Program-made: the position numbers and the translations under genes | Source of the DNA: Marinicella sp. | GTDB taxonomy: Bacteria; Pseudomonadota; Gammaproteobacteria; Xanthomonadales; Marinicellaceae | Reading direction: 5' to 3' | Length of the DNA: 64,000 nt | NCBI GenBank assembly: GCA_965230295.1 | Contig: OZ246001.1 | Coordinates: 1,536,001-1,600,000, forward strand | Part shown: positions 28,056-39,556 of the stretch, piece after piece | How positions within the stretch are numbered: the first letter of the stretch is position 1 | Layout of the letters: each line of letters starts with the position of its first letter | The notes under the pieces: generated by a model | What the model saw: only the letters and a program-made list of their open reading frames with translations | The model's database searches: none | What the model was told of the DNA's origin: nothing

Positions 28056-29357
28056 CTACAGCAGCATCTTCTTCATGTCTGACAAGATACTTGATAAATA
28101 AACAATGAAACGTGCTGCATCAGCACCATCAATCACCCGATGGTCATAGCTCAATGACAAAGGTAACATCAAACGGGGCTCAAATTCACTGCCATTCCAA
28201 ACGGGTTTCAGAGAAGACCTGGAGACACCCAGTATGGCCACTTCTGGAGCATTGATGATGGGCGTAAAAGCAGTCCCACCGATACCGCCTAATGAAGAAA
28301 TGGAGATGCACCCACCTTGCATGTCGCTGGGGGCTAATTTGCCTTCTCTGGCTTTGATTGAAATATCACGCATTTCTTTGGCTATTTCAAACACCTCTTT
28401 TTTGTCACAGTCACGGATCACCGGAACCACCAAGCCGTTTGGCGTGTCTACAGCAATGCCAATGTGATAATATTTTTTGAAAATCAGGTTCTCACCATCA
28501 ACATCCAATGACGTGTTGAATTTGGGGAATTTTTTCAGTGCTTTGGCCATGGCTTTCACCATGAACGCCAATGGCGTCAGGTTGAAGCCTTGCTCTTTGG
28601 CATCGGCCTTGTTTTCTTGACGGAAAGCTTCTAACTCTGTGATGTCCGCTTCGTCGTATTGTGTGACATGCGGAATTCTGACCCAGTTGCGGTGGAGGTA
28701 CTTGCCGGAAATCTTTTGAATCCGACTCAATGGCTGGCTGTCGACATCGCCAAACTCAGTGAAGTCCACTGCTGGAAAGGGTGGCACATCAAAATTGGAA
28801 GTGACCACGGTTTGACCACCTGATTGCATCGCTGTTTTGACGTGTTGTTTGACATCTTCCCGGGTGATTCGACCTTTGCGTCCAGTACCAGTCACTGCAC
28901 TGATTTCAACCCCCAATTCTCTGGCAAACTTTCGTACTGCCGGTGATGCATGGGCCAACTTACCACTGGCTTTTTTGGGAATTTCAACCGGAACTGGCGG
29001 CGGCTTAGGTGCGGCTTTCGGTGGCGCTTCAGCCTGAGGCGGTGGCGTTGGTTCAGCCGGTTTTTGTGGTTCGGGATCGGCCGGTTTTTCAGCCTTTATC
29101 TCTGGCGCAGCAGAGCCCGTCACTTTGAGTTGGATCATCGGACTGCCCTCTGACACCAAGTCACCTTCTTTAACCAACAGGGCTTCAATGACTCCGGCTT
29201 CTGGGGTCGGCACTTCGATGGTGGCTTTTTCTGATTCCAGTGAAATGATGGCGTCTTCTGCCGCCACTTCATCGCCCACCTGGACCAAAACTTCAATCAC
29301 TTCAACTTCATTGAAATCGCCAATGTCTGGTATATTTATTTGTTTGCTATCACTCAC
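28056..29357 (-). CDS. aceF: Pyruvate dehydrogenase E2 (dihydrolipoamide acetyltransferase)
   Basis: One lipoyl domain, HASPAVRKFARELG E3-binding domain, and SYDHRVIDGA. Confidence 0.97.
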   Translation of the reverse strand: MSDSKQINIPDIGDFNEVEVIEVLVQVGDEVAAEDAIISLESEKATIEVPTPEAGVIEALLVKEGDLVSEGSPMIQLKVTGSAAPEIKAEKPADPEPQKPAEPTPPPQAEAPPKAAPKPPPVPVEIPKKASGKLAHASPAVRKFARELGVEISAVTGTGRKGRITREDVKQHVKTAMQSGGQTVVTSNFDVPPFPAVDFTEFGDVDSQPLSRIQKISGKYLHRNWVRIPHVTQYDEADITELEAFRQENKADAKEQGFNLTPLAFMVKAMAKALKKFPKFNTSLDVDGENLIFKKYYHIGIAVDTPNGLVVPVIRDCDKKEVFEIAKEMRDISIKAREGKLAPSDMQGGCISISSLGGIGGTAFTPIINAPEVAILGVSRSSLKPVWNGSEFEPRLMLPLSLSYDHRVIDGADAARFIVYLSSILSDMKKMLL

Positions 29358-29367
29358 AATTCATTCC

Positions 29368-32046
29368 TCATTTGGTCCTGGGGTCAGCCGCGCTGGCATC
29401 AATTGCATAGGCTTTTTTGGCTTTCGCCAGTGCTGTCTTCGGTAAGTCGCCAGCGGCCACCAATTCGACCACTGTGGTGAAGGCGATGTGGTTGCGGTCC
29501 ACTTCGAAAAAGCTGCGCAACTGCTCTCTGGTGTCGCTGCGTCCAAAGCCATCGGTGCCTAAGGTGGTGTAATTGGCCGTTACCCATGGCCTGATTTGTT
29601 CAGCAAAATCCATGGTGTAATCGGTGGCTGCAATCACCGGACCTGGCTGCTTCGACAAACACTGTTCCACATAACTGGTTTTGGCCTTTTTGTCCGGGTT
29701 CAAGCGGTTGTAACGACTCACTGATTGGGCTTCTCGTTTCAACTCGGTCAATGAGGTTGCACTCCAAATGTCGCAACTGACTTTGAAGTCCTTGGCCAAC
29801 ATTTCAGCTGCTGCTTCCACTTCTCGCAAGATGGTTCCCGAGCCAATCAGTTGGGCTTTAACCGTCTTGTTGTTTTTCCCTGGTTTACCACCGGTTTTCA
29901 ATTGATACATGCCTTTGATGATACCTGTTTCTTGTCCTTTCACCATTTCAGGGTGTGGATAATTTTCATTCATCAAGGTGATGTAAAAATAAATATCTTC
30001 ATTGTTGGCATACATCCGCTCTAAACCGTTTTGAATGATCACCGCCACTTCATGGGCATATGTGGGATCGTACGACACACAATTGGGAACAGTCGAAGAG
30101 ATCAGGTGTGAATGGCCATCCTGGTGCTGCAAACCTTCACCGTTCAAGGTGGTGCGGCCTGCTGTGCCACCCAACAAGAAACCTTTGGCACGCATGTCAC
30201 CGGCTGCCCAACACAGGTCTCCAATGCGTTGGTGTCCAAACATTGAATAGTAAATATAAAATGGAATCATCGGGATGTTGTAGTTGGCATACGAAGTGGC
30301 CGCAGCAATCCATGATGACATGGCGCCTGCTTCGGTGATGCCCTCCTGAAGTATCTGACCATCAGCCGACTCTTTATAAAACATCAACTGATCCGAATCC
30401 TCAGGTTCATACTGTTGGCCTTGGTGGGAATATATGCCCAATTGACGGAACATGCCCTCCATACCAAATGTACGGCCCTCATCACACAAAATCGGTACAA
30501 TGCGCTGTTTGATTTCTTTGTCTCTGAGTAACAGCGCCAAAGATCTGACAAACGCCATGGTGGTGGAGATTTCTCTCTCACCGGTGCCTTTGGTGATGCT
30601 GGCAAAAGCCGAAAGTTCGGGTGTTTTCAACGCCTGTGGTTGCACCACTCGACGCGGCAAATAACCACCCAACTCCTCGCGCCGTTGTTGCAAGTATTTG
30701 ATTTCTTCTGAATCATCTGCCGGCTTGTAGTAAGGCACTTCTTCCAGTTGTTCATCTTTGATGGGCACTCGGAATTTATCTCTGAAATGACGGATGGATT
30801 CGGTGTCCATTTTCTTCTGCTGGTGGGTGGTGTTGGCTGCTTGACCCGATTCACCCATGCCATAGCCTTTCACTGTTTTCGCCAGGATCACGGTCGGCAA
30901 GCCTTCTGTTTGGTTGGCTTCGGCATAAGCTGCAAACATCTTATGTGGATCATGACCGCCCCGATTTAATCGCCAGATGTCAGCATCGGTCATGTTGGAT
31001 ACCATTTCTTTCAATTCCGGGTATTTCCCAAAGAAATGTTCCCTGACATAAGCACCGTCTTTGGACTTGTAGTTTTGGTAATCACCATCAACGGCTTCTT
31101 CCATGCGCTTGCGCAACAAACCGTCTTTGTCTTTGGCCAACAGCTTGTCCCAGTAGGACCCCCAAATCACTTTGATCACGTTCCAGCCGGCACCACGGAA
31201 CACCCCTTCCAATTCCTGGATGATCTTGCCATTACCGCGAACCGGTCCATCCAGGCGTTGTAAGTTGCAGTTGATCACAAACACCAGGTTATCCAGTTTT
31301 TCACGGCCAGCCAGGGATATCGCTCCCAATGATTCTGGTTCATCCGTTTCGCCATCGCCTAAAAAGCAATAGACTTTTTTATCGGTTTTTTCAATCAAAC
31401 CGCGGTTTTGTAAATACTTCATGAAACGGGCTTGGTAGATCGCCTGAATCGGCCCTAAACCCATGGATACGGTGGCAAACTGCCAGAAATCCGGCATCAA
31501 CCAAGGGTGTGGGTAGGAGGGCAAACCTTCACCATCCACTTCTCGTCTGAAATTATCCAGCTGGTTTTCATTCAAACGGCCTTCTAAAAAAGCCCGTGCG
31601 TAAAAACCAGGAGCACAATGACCTTGTACGTACAGCAAGTCACCACCTGAAGGATGATCTGCGCCACGGAAGAAATGATTGAAGCCGACATCATAAATGG
31701 TTGCCGCAGAAGCAAACGATGCAATGTGCCCACCCAACGCACCTGGTCTGCGATTGGCCCTGACCACCATGGCCATGGCGTTCCAGCGAATGATGGCTCG
31801 GATGCGCCACTCCAAATCGTTGTTACCTGGTGACTTTTTCTCTTCACCCAAAGGGATGGTGTTCAGGTACGCTGTGGTTGCCTGATATGGCAGATGACCA
31901 CCAGAGCGGCGGTTCAGATCAATCAATTGTTCAATCAAAAAGTGGGCCCGTTCCGGACCTTCTTCATTGATCACTGCAGTCAGCGCGTCCAACCATTCTT
32001 GAGTTTCTGTCGGATCTAAATCTGGTGTTGTTTTGATGTTAGTCAT
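29368..32046 (-). CDS. aceE: Pyruvate dehydrogenase E1 (homodimeric)
   Basis: DPTETQEW, GDGETDEPES and GTDGFGRSD motifs. Confidence 0.98.
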   Translation of the reverse strand: MTNIKTTPDLDPTETQEWLDALTAVINEEGPERAHFLIEQLIDLNRRSGGHLPYQATTAYLNTIPLGEEKKSPGNNDLEWRIRAIIRWNAMAMVVRANRRPGALGGHIASFASAATIYDVGFNHFFRGADHPSGGDLLYVQGHCAPGFYARAFLEGRLNENQLDNFRREVDGEGLPSYPHPWLMPDFWQFATVSMGLGPIQAIYQARFMKYLQNRGLIEKTDKKVYCFLGDGETDEPESLGAISLAGREKLDNLVFVINCNLQRLDGPVRGNGKIIQELEGVFRGAGWNVIKVIWGSYWDKLLAKDKDGLLRKRMEEAVDGDYQNYKSKDGAYVREHFFGKYPELKEMVSNMTDADIWRLNRGGHDPHKMFAAYAEANQTEGLPTVILAKTVKGYGMGESGQAANTTHQQKKMDTESIRHFRDKFRVPIKDEQLEEVPYYKPADDSEEIKYLQQRREELGGYLPRRVVQPQALKTPELSAFASITKGTGEREISTTMAFVRSLALLLRDKEIKQRIVPILCDEGRTFGMEGMFRQLGIYSHQGQQYEPEDSDQLMFYKESADGQILQEGITEAGAMSSWIAAATSYANYNIPMIPFYIYYSMFGHQRIGDLCWAAGDMRAKGFLLGGTAGRTTLNGEGLQHQDGHSHLISSTVPNCVSYDPTYAHEVAVIIQNGLERMYANNEDIYFYITLMNENYPHPEMVKGQETGIIKGMYQLKTGGKPGKNNKTVKAQLIGSGTILREVEAAAEMLAKDFKVSCDIWSATSLTELKREAQSVSRYNRLNPDKKAKTSYVEQCLSKQPGPVIAATDYTMDFAEQIRPWVTANYTTLGTDGFGRSDTREQLRSFFEVDRNHIAFTTVVELVAAGDLPKTALAKAKKAYAIDASAADPRTK

Positions 32047-32061
32047 AGCTTTTATCGTTGG

Positions 32062-34362
32062 TTATTCTGCGGTTTTTAATTGTGCTTGTGAATGGGCATT
32101 GGTCTGGGCATCAACCGCAGCAATGGCCACCATGTTGACGATCCTACGGACTGATGATGACGGATTCAGCACATGGGCTGGCAGCTGGGTTCCCATCAAC
32201 ATCGGGCCCACTGTCACACCTTGGGAAAAATATCTTATCATGTTTAACGCCATTGTGGCGGCATCCAAATTGGGCATGATCAGCAAGTTGGCTGCTTGTG
32301 CATAATCGGCATTAGGAAAAGCATGGGCACGGATGTTTGGCATCAATGCATATTCAGCATCCATCTCACCCTCAACGGCCAGCTCAGGTGCTTTTTCACG
32401 GATGATTCTTAAAGCTTCACGCATTTTTTCTGGGCTGTTACCATCGCGGGTACCAAAATTTGAATACGACATCAAAGCCAACCTGGGTGTTTTTCCAAAA
32501 GCCCTGACACGTTCGGCGGCACTGATGGCTATGTTGGCCACTTGTTCAGCAGAAGGGTTGGCGTTGACGTTGGTGTCGGTGACAAAGTAGCTGCCCATGT
32601 CAGTGGCCACCGCACTCAATCCGGAAGTGGTTTGGTCTTTCAAGCCAATCACATCAATGATGTGTTGTAACACTTTATGAAAACGACCGGTCAAACCTGC
32701 CAACATGGCATCGGCTTCACCACGTTTCACCATCAAAGCTGCAATCACGGTGGTCCGGGTCCGAACCACGGCTTTGGCTATTTCAGGGCTCACACCCTGA
32801 CGTTCCATGAGGCTGTGATACAACATCCAGTAATCTTTAAAACGTGGGTCTTCCTGTGGATTAACCAGTTCAAAATCACGACCAATCTCTAAATTCAAGC
32901 CAATTTTCTTGATGCGTTGGCTCACCACATCGGGCCTGCCAATCAAAATTGGGAAGGCCAACTGATCATTGTTGATGTCTTGTACTGCACGCAGCACCCG
33001 CTCATCTTCGCCTTCTGCCAGCACCACCCGCTTGCGGTCTTTGCGTGCAGCATCAAACACCGGACGCATCATCAAGCCACTTTGGTAGACAAACTCATTG
33101 AGTTTATTTTCGTAGCCAACCATGTCATCAATCTGGCGAGTTGCCACGCCACTGTCCATGGCCGCTTGTGCCACAGCAGGTGCGACATGGATCAAAATAC
33201 GTGGATCAAAAGGCTGTGGAATCAAGTATTCCCTGCCAAACTTCAGCTCCTTACCGCCATAGGCCTGACTGCTGACTTCACTGACTTCCAAACGGGCCAA
33301 CTGGGCCAAAGCATGTACACAAGCAGTTTTCATCGCTTCATTGATGCAGTTGGCGCCGACATCCAGTGCGCCCCGAAAAATGTAAGGGAAACACAACACA
33401 TTGTTAACCTGGTTGGGGAAATCTGAACGGCCGGTGGCAATGATGGCATCCGGTCTGGCCTCCAAAGCCACATCAGGCATGATCTCTGGTATTGGGTTGG
33501 CCAATGCCATGATCAATGGGTCTTTGGCCATCGGTTTAATCATCTCCGGTTTCAAAACACCTGCCACTGAGACCCCAAGAAAGATATCTGCATCCACCAG
33601 GGCTTCCGTCAGGGTCTGTTTTTCAACCCCTTTGGCATAAGACCGCTTGCGTTCAGACTCCAAATCCTCTCGCCCTTCATACAGCACCCCGGCTGAATCT
33701 GAAACGATGATGTTTTCCATCTTCATACCCAACTCAACCAGCAGATCTAAACAGGCCATGCCAGCAGCACCGGCCCCTGAAGTCACCAGCTTAACTTGAG
33801 AAATGTCCTTACCGACCACATGCATGGCATTGATCACTGCCACCCCACAAATGATTGCGGTCCCATGTTGATCATCATGAAACACCGGTACCTTCATGCG
33901 GTTTTTGAGTTTCTCTTCCACATAAAAACACTCAGGGGACTTGATGTCTTCTAAGTTGATGCCACCAAAGGTGGGCTCCAAAGAAGCGATGATGTCGATC
34001 AACTTATCAGGGTCTTTTTCATCAATTTCGATGTCAAACACATCGATACCTGCAAACTTTTTGAACAACACCCCTTTACCTTCCATCACTGGTTTGGAAG
34101 CCAAGGGACCTATGTCACCCAAACCCAAAACTGCCGTACCATTGGTGACCACAGCCACCATGTTGGCCCTTGACGTATAATCGGCTGCGGTTGCAGGGTC
34201 GTCTGCAATGGCCATCGAAGGTGCAGCCACGCCGGGAGAATAGGCCAAAGCCAAATCCTGTTGTGTGGTCAGCGCCTTGGTGGCGGTGATTTTAATTTTG
34301 CCAGGCGTTGGATGCTTGTGGTAATCCAAAGCCGCTTGCTTGATGTCTTCTCTTAGACTCAC
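32062..34362 (-). CDS. maeB: NADP-dependent malic enzyme with PTA-like C-terminal domain
   Basis: [27 protein letters not shown] and AEGEDERVL. Confidence 0.96.
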   Translation of the reverse strand: MSLREDIKQAALDYHKHPTPGKIKITATKALTTQQDLALAYSPGVAAPSMAIADDPATAADYTSRANMVAVVTNGTAVLGLGDIGPLASKPVMEGKGVLFKKFAGIDVFDIEIDEKDPDKLIDIIASLEPTFGGINLEDIKSPECFYVEEKLKNRMKVPVFHDDQHGTAIICGVAVINAMHVVGKDISQVKLVTSGAGAAGMACLDLLVELGMKMENIIVSDSAGVLYEGREDLESERKRSYAKGVEKQTLTEALVDADIFLGVSVAGVLKPEMIKPMAKDPLIMALANPIPEIMPDVALEARPDAIIATGRSDFPNQVNNVLCFPYIFRGALDVGANCINEAMKTACVHALAQLARLEVSEVSSQAYGGKELKFGREYLIPQPFDPRILIHVAPAVAQAAMDSGVATRQIDDMVGYENKLNEFVYQSGLMMRPVFDAARKDRKRVVLAEGEDERVLRAVQDINNDQLAFPILIGRPDVVSQRIKKIGLNLEIGRDFELVNPQEDPRFKDYWMLYHSLMERQGVSPEIAKAVVRTRTTVIAALMVKRGEADAMLAGLTGRFHKVLQHIIDVIGLKDQTTSGLSAVATDMGSYFVTDTNVNANPSAEQVANIAISAAERVRAFGKTPRLALMSYSNFGTRDGNSPEKMREALRIIREKAPELAVEGEMDAEYALMPNIRAHAFPNADYAQAANLLIMPNLDAATMALNMIRYFSQGVTVGPMLMGTQLPAHVLNPSSSVRRIVNMVAIAAVDAQTNAHSQAQLKTAE

Positions 34363-34390
34363 GATGTTGCCCCCAACATTGTCATTGAGA

Positions 34391-34429
34391 CAACAACGCT
34401 CATGACTGTAATCAGCATGAGCGTTGTTG
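34391..34429. terminator. Strong intergenic hairpin between fba and maeB
   Basis: caacaacgctcatg-N11-catgagcgttgttg. Confidence 0.5.
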
Positions 34430-34484
34430 GTTAATTTTTGATCAACTGTTTACTTCCTGAAACAATCGATCAGATTACATGTAG

Positions 34485-35516
34485 TTACTCTTGTTCTAAT
34501 TTGGCTTCGTATTCGCCCATGGCTGCCAAGCCATTCATACGAGCTCGGTGTAACAATTCAGCTTGGGCTGCCTGGACGTTGTCCTGAGGATTGGCACCCC
34601 AAACTTTCAGTGCCGATGCTTGCAATGCGCGACCATATGAAAAACTCAAGGGCCAAGGCAATGTGCCAATGCGATTCATGGCATCCAGGTTTTCCGTGGC
34701 TTCAATTTCAGACTGTCCACCTGATAAGAAAACGATACCAGCCAAAGAAGCAGGGACCGTGTTAAAGAAACAGCTCAAAGTGGCTTCAGCAATTTCATCA
34801 ACGTCTGCTTGTTCCGGGCAGTCACCACCAGGGATCACCATGCTTGATTTTAAGATACAAGCTTCCAATACCACGTTTTGATCAAACAGCTGTTCAAACA
34901 ATGTTTTCAATGTCAATTCTGTGACTTCATAAGCGGTGGCTATGTCGTGATCACCTTCCATCAACACTTCAGGCTCAACCATGGGCACCAAGCCTGCTTC
35001 CTGACACAAGGCCGCGTAACGAGCCAAGGCATGACAGTTGGCATCGATACAGGCCTGAGACGGGTTAACCTCATCTATGGTGATCACTGCTCGCCATTTA
35101 GCAAAACGGGCACCCAACTCATAATATTCATTCAATCGATCACGTAAGCCGTCCAAACCTTCGGTGATTTTTTCACCTTCATAACCAGCCAAAGGATGGG
35201 CCCCTTTGTCGACTTTGATGCCTGGAATGACACCGTTGTCTTTCATCACTTGGGTAAATGCCACACCATCTGCTGATGATTGTCTGAGGGTTTCATCAAA
35301 CAAAATGGCACCTGATATGTGCTCACCCAGGTCTTTGGCGCTCAAGAGCATGTGACGGTAATCCCGACGATTTTCTTCGGTACAATCAACGCCAATGCTG
35401 TCAAAGCGTTTTTTGCAGGTACCAGTGCTCTCATCTATGGCCAAAATACCGCGGCCAGGTGCAACCATCGCTGCGGCCGTTTCAATCATTTCATTCAGTT
35501 TATCTGTCATGTTCAA
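34485..35516 (-). CDS. Class I fructose-bisphosphate aldolase
   Basis: GILAIDES, FAKWR, VEPEV, FLSGGQS and FSYGRALQ. Confidence 0.95.
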   Translation of the reverse strand: MNMTDKLNEMIETAAAMVAPGRGILAIDESTGTCKKRFDSIGVDCTEENRRDYRHMLLSAKDLGEHISGAILFDETLRQSSADGVAFTQVMKDNGVIPGIKVDKGAHPLAGYEGEKITEGLDGLRDRLNEYYELGARFAKWRAVITIDEVNPSQACIDANCHALARYAALCQEAGLVPMVEPEVLMEGDHDIATAYEVTELTLKTLFEQLFDQNVVLEACILKSSMVIPGGDCPEQADVDEIAEATLSCFFNTVPASLAGIVFLSGGQSEIEATENLDAMNRIGTLPWPLSFSYGRALQASALKVWGANPQDNVQAAQAELLHRARMNGLAAMGEYEAKLEQE

Positions 35517-35577
35517 TTCCTATCTATTATTCTGGGTTGCGCGTGATGCCACGACGCTGGTTCAATGTTTTGTCTAT

Positions 35578-36753
35578 TTATTTGGCCATTTCTTCCAAAA
35601 TGGTCACCGCTGGCAGTTTTTTACCCTCTAAAAACTCGAGAAAAGCCCCGCCACCTGTAGAAATGTACGATAGTTTATCTGTTATTTGATATTTATCAAC
35701 CGCAGCAAGCGTATCTCCGCCTCCAGCCATAGAAAAACCTGTACTTTCTGCGATTCCAAGCGATAAAGTGCGGGTTCCTTCACCAAATTGATCAAATTCA
35801 AACACCCCAACCGGTCCATTCCAAACCACGGTTCCAGCTTCTTTGGCCATATCGGCATATTGCACGGCTGTTTTTGGACCGATGTCTAAAATCATCTCAA
35901 ATGGTCCCACCTCACTGACATCTTTGATCAAGGCATGGGCATCTTCACTGAAGGCATTGGCCACCACCACATCCACTGGAATGGGTATTTCTTTGCCTGC
36001 CTGTTTGGCTTGTTCAAGTAAATCTTTAGCCAATGGGATTAAATCTGGCTCACACAACGATTTACCCACACTGTGGCCAGCAGCTGCAATGAACGTATTG
36101 GCAATGCCGCCACCCACAATCAATTGATCCACTTGTTCAAACAAACTTTTCAGCACAGTTAACTTGGTGGATACTTTAGAGCCCCCAACAATCGCCAACA
36201 TCGGTCTGGCAGGATTTTCCAAACCCTTGGCCAAAGACTGTAATTCATGTGCCAACAGGGGGCCGGCACAAGCAATCGGTGCATACTTGGCCACCCCATG
36301 GGTTGAGGCCTGGGCACGGTGTGCTGTACCAAAGGCATCCATGACAAAAACATCACACAATTGGGCCAAACTTTTTGCCAGCTCATCATCATTGGCTTTT
36401 TCACCGACATTGAATCGAATGTTTTCCAACAACACCACTTCGCCTTTCTCAACCCCGACGCCACTCTGCCAATCATTGATCAGGTGCACTTTTTGGTTCA
36501 GAGCCAAACTCAGGTATTCAGCCACTGGTTGTAATGAAAAGCTGGATTCTGGCTGGCCTTCTGTGGGCCTGCCCAAATGTGACATCAGCATCACAGCAGC
36601 CCCTTTTTCTAACGCCAGTTTGATGGTTGGCATGGAAGCCAATATACGTTGGTCACTGGTCACCACACCATTTTTTACCGGAACATTCAAATCTTGTCTG
36701 ATCAAGACTTTTTTATTCATTAAGTCTTGGTCTGCCATTAATTTAACTTTCAT
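35578..36753 (-). CDS. pgk: Phosphoglycerate kinase
   Basis: [22 protein letters not shown] and STGGGAFLE. Confidence 0.98.
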   Translation of the reverse strand: MKVKLMADQDLMNKKVLIRQDLNVPVKNGVVTSDQRILASMPTIKLALEKGAAVMLMSHLGRPTEGQPESSFSLQPVAEYLSLALNQKVHLINDWQSGVGVEKGEVVLLENIRFNVGEKANDDELAKSLAQLCDVFVMDAFGTAHRAQASTHGVAKYAPIACAGPLLAHELQSLAKGLENPARPMLAIVGGSKVSTKLTVLKSLFEQVDQLIVGGGIANTFIAAAGHSVGKSLCEPDLIPLAKDLLEQAKQAGKEIPIPVDVVVANAFSEDAHALIKDVSEVGPFEMILDIGPKTAVQYADMAKEAGTVVWNGPVGVFEFDQFGEGTRTLSLGIAESTGFSMAGGGDTLAAVDKYQITDKLSYISTGGGAFLEFLEGKKLPAVTILEEMAK

Positions 36754-36777
36754 TTTTTTAACCTATTCATACCGGGT

Positions 36778-37785
36778 TTATTTTGCCTTCATCAATGCCA
36801 GTGAAACATCCAGCATGCGGTTGGCAAAACCCCACTCATTGTCATACCATGCCAACACTTTGACCAGCTTCCCCTGGACAATACGAGTCATGGTGGCATC
36901 GTAAATGGATGAAGCAGGGTGGTGATTGAAATCAATCGATACCAAAGGCTGATCACAATAGTCCATCACCGCAGATTGTTCAGCTGCCAATTTTACCACT
37001 TCATTGACTTCTTCGACGGAAGTTTCTCTGCCAGCAATGAAAGTTAAGTCCACGGCCGAAACATTGATGGTGGGTACCCTCATGGCATAACCATCTAACT
37101 TGCCGTTCAACTCTGGCATCACCAGACCGATGGCAAGGGCTGCACCGGTTTTGGTCGGGATTTGGCTGAGTGTGGCCGCTCGGGCTCTGCGCAAGTCTTT
37201 GTGGTAAGTGTCTGACAAGACCTGGTTGTTGGTATAAGCATGTATGGAGGTCATCAATCCAGACTCTATACCAATTTTTTCATGCAATGCTTTGGCCAAG
37301 GGTGACAAACAATTGGTTGTACATGAAGCATTTGAAATGACCTGGTGTTCAGCGGTCAGCACGTCATCATTGACACCATAAACCACTGTGGCGTCTATTT
37401 CGCCATTGGCAGGTGCTGATATGATGGCCTTTTTAGCACCCGCTTCGATGTGTTTTCCGGCCAATTCACGGCTGCGAAAGATGCCAGTACATTCCAAAAC
37501 CACATCAATGTCTAATTCACCCCATGGCAATTGAGCCGGATCTGATTCCGCTAATAACCTGATGCGGTCGCCATTGATCAACAAGTGATCTTCATCCAAC
37601 TCGACTTGGGCATTGAAATGCCCATGGGCAGAATCTTGTTGGGTCAGGTAACGCATGGCTTCATGGTCACCCAGATCATTGATCGCAACAATCTCTATTT
37701 CATGGTTTCTTTGGTATTCGTAAAGGGCTCGTAATATGCATCGACCGACGCGACCATATCCGTTTATGGCTATTTTTGTTTTCAT
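36778..37785 (-). CDS. gap: Type I glyceraldehyde-3-phosphate dehydrogenase
   Basis: [22 protein letters not shown] and WYDNEWG. Likely start MKTKIAI at 37785. Confidence 0.93.
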   Translation of the reverse strand: MKTKIAINGYGRVGRCILRALYEYQRNHEIEIVAINDLGDHEAMRYLTQQDSAHGHFNAQVELDEDHLLINGDRIRLLAESDPAQLPWGELDIDVVLECTGIFRSRELAGKHIEAGAKKAIISAPANGEIDATVVYGVNDDVLTAEHQVISNASCTTNCLSPLAKALHEKIGIESGLMTSIHAYTNNQVLSDTYHKDLRRARAATLSQIPTKTGAALAIGLVMPELNGKLDGYAMRVPTINVSAVDLTFIAGRETSVEEVNEVVKLAAEQSAVMDYCDQPLVSIDFNHHPASSIYDATMTRIVQGKLVKVLAWYDNEWGFANRMLDVSLALMKAK

Positions 37786-37886
37786 TTTTCTTCTCTTCTT
37801 TTCTACTTTTCTATCTAATGATTTTCGGTCATTTTTCAAGTAGACTCAAGCAAAGCCTTTGATATTTTTTGGCTTTTCAACCAGCA

Positions 37887-37917
37887 CAAAAAAGCCTGGA
37901 ATAAACCAGGCTTTTTT
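37887..37917 (-). terminator. Bidirectional rho-independent terminator
   Basis: aaaaaagcctgg-aataaa-ccaggctttttt. Confidence 0.8.
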
Positions 37918-37934
37918 CATTCGATTCGGGTTGA

Positions 37935-39443
37935 TTAAGAACTGAATTTCAATCGTCCGGATTTCACATCATCCATAAAGGCCCGGAGCTCTGACTTAAC
38001 CACTGGCGCCAGGAAGTACAAACCGATGATGTTGGGGAATGCCATCGCTAAAGTCATGGCAAAAGAGAAGCCAATCACTGCGCTGAGATCCAGACTGGAA
38101 CCAATCACCACGAAAACCAGGAAGATGACCTTAAACACATTTTCCTGGGTTTTGTTTTCTCCAAATAAGTAGGTCCATGCCCTGACACCGTAATAAGACC
38201 AGGAAATCATGGTTGAAAAAGCAAACAAAATGGCAGCCACGGTCAACACATAAGGAAACCAAGAAACGGCACTGGCAAAGGCATTGGAAGTCAATGGAAT
38301 GCCTTGTAAACCCGCCGAACTGTCGAGTGAACCGGTGATCACTATCACCAAGGCTGTGATGGTACACACCACAACGGTATCGATGAATGGCTCATACAAG
38401 GCCACCAACCCTTCAGTCACTGGGCGATCGGTTTTCACCGCAGAGTGGGCAATGGCTGCAGATCCGATACCAGCTTCATTGGAGAACGCAGCGCGTTGAA
38501 AGCCCACCACCATCACCCCAATCACGCCACCCAAAGCGGCTGAAGGGTTGAAGGCACCACTGATGATTTGACCAAAAGCCCACAACAATTGATTGCCATT
38601 CATCGCTATCACCACCAAGCCGGTGATCAAGTAAATCAAACCCATGATGGGCACCAGTTTTGAAGTGACTTTTGCTATGCTTTTGATCCCGCCGATGATG
38701 GTGATGCCAGTGATGGTGGCCAATGCCAAGCCAAACAACCAGCCTTTGCCAGCCATCATGCCTTCAGCACCGCCGGTGATGTTCTGCAGTTGAGCATACG
38801 ATTGGTTGGCCTGAAACATGTTGCCACCGCCTAATGAGGCACCAACACACAAGATGGCAAACAACACAGCCAAGCCTTTGCCTAAACCGCCAAAACCCTT
38901 TTCGGCAAAACCCTTGGCCAAATACTTCATGGGACCACCTGCCACCGTGCCATCGGCATGCACATCGCGGTATTTAACCCCCAGGGTGCATTCGACAAAT
39001 TTAGAAGACATGCCCAACAAGCCAGCCACAATCATCCAAAAGGTGGCCCCGGGGCCGCCTATACTCACCGCAGTCGCCACACCGGCAATGTTGCCTAAAC
39101 CCACTGTGCCAGAGACTGCTGTCGATAAAGCTTGGAAATGGGTCACTTCTCCAACGGCATGGCTGGTGTCGTATTTGCCCCTGATCAACTTCATGCCAAT
39201 GCCAAATGAACGCAGATTAATGAATTTAAAGTACAGTGTGAAAAACGTGGCTGCCACGACCAACCAAACCACAATAAATGGGGCACTGCCGACAAAAGGG
39301 ATCGGTATGCTGGTCATAAAAAATGCATCGATGGCATTGGCTACGGGCGTTAAAAAATCATTGATGGCTTGATCTACCCCAGCAGCATGACTGATTTGAG
39401 TCATTAATAACAGTAAAAATATCAGCAATCCTTTTAATTTCAT
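37935..39443 (-). CDS. Alanine/glycine:cation symporter (AGCS family)
   Basis: [21 protein letters not shown] and FSNEAGIGS. Confidence 0.95.
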   Translation of the reverse strand: MKLKGLLIFLLLLMTQISHAAGVDQAINDFLTPVANAIDAFFMTSIPIPFVGSAPFIVVWLVVAATFFTLYFKFINLRSFGIGMKLIRGKYDTSHAVGEVTHFQALSTAVSGTVGLGNIAGVATAVSIGGPGATFWMIVAGLLGMSSKFVECTLGVKYRDVHADGTVAGGPMKYLAKGFAEKGFGGLGKGLAVLFAILCVGASLGGGNMFQANQSYAQLQNITGGAEGMMAGKGWLFGLALATITGITIIGGIKSIAKVTSKLVPIMGLIYLITGLVVIAMNGNQLLWAFGQIISGAFNPSAALGGVIGVMVVGFQRAAFSNEAGIGSAAIAHSAVKTDRPVTEGLVALYEPFIDTVVVCTITALVIVITGSLDSSAGLQGIPLTSNAFASAVSWFPYVLTVAAILFAFSTMISWSYYGVRAWTYLFGENKTQENVFKVIFLVFVVIGSSLDLSAVIGFSFAMTLAMAFPNIIGLYFLAPVVKSELRAFMDDVKSGRLKFSS

Positions 39444-39504
39444 AGTTACCCTCTTTGTCTTAATGGTTATCTAGTTACACATTCCAAATCTAATATTCAG
39501 CCAT

Positions 39505-39536
39505 AAAAAAGCCCGACCGAAGGTCAGGCTTTTTTA
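39505..39536 (-). terminator. Rho-independent terminator
   Basis: aaaaaagcccgacc-gaa-ggtcaggcttttttt, an imperfect stem. Confidence 0.7.
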
Positions 39537-39556
39537 TGACAGGATGCCGTTGTCAA

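Noticed and set aside
25603-29357. E3 with a lipoyl domain and E2 with a single lipoyl domain
   Set aside because: This architecture is already known in several proteobacteria.
34485-35516. Eukaryote-like class I aldolase as a possible horizontal transfer
   Set aside because: This type is known in bacteria and here sits in the normal gap-pgk-fba context.
36164-36904. 246-aa plus-strand ORF and other long antisense ORFs over housekeeping genes
   Set aside because: Shadow ORFs of pgk, lpdA, the AGCS genes, pilU and the pst genes, with no independent evidence.
36778-37785. epd assignment based on position before pgk
   Set aside because: The HAYT motif fits GAPDH rather than the HSAM motif of Epd.
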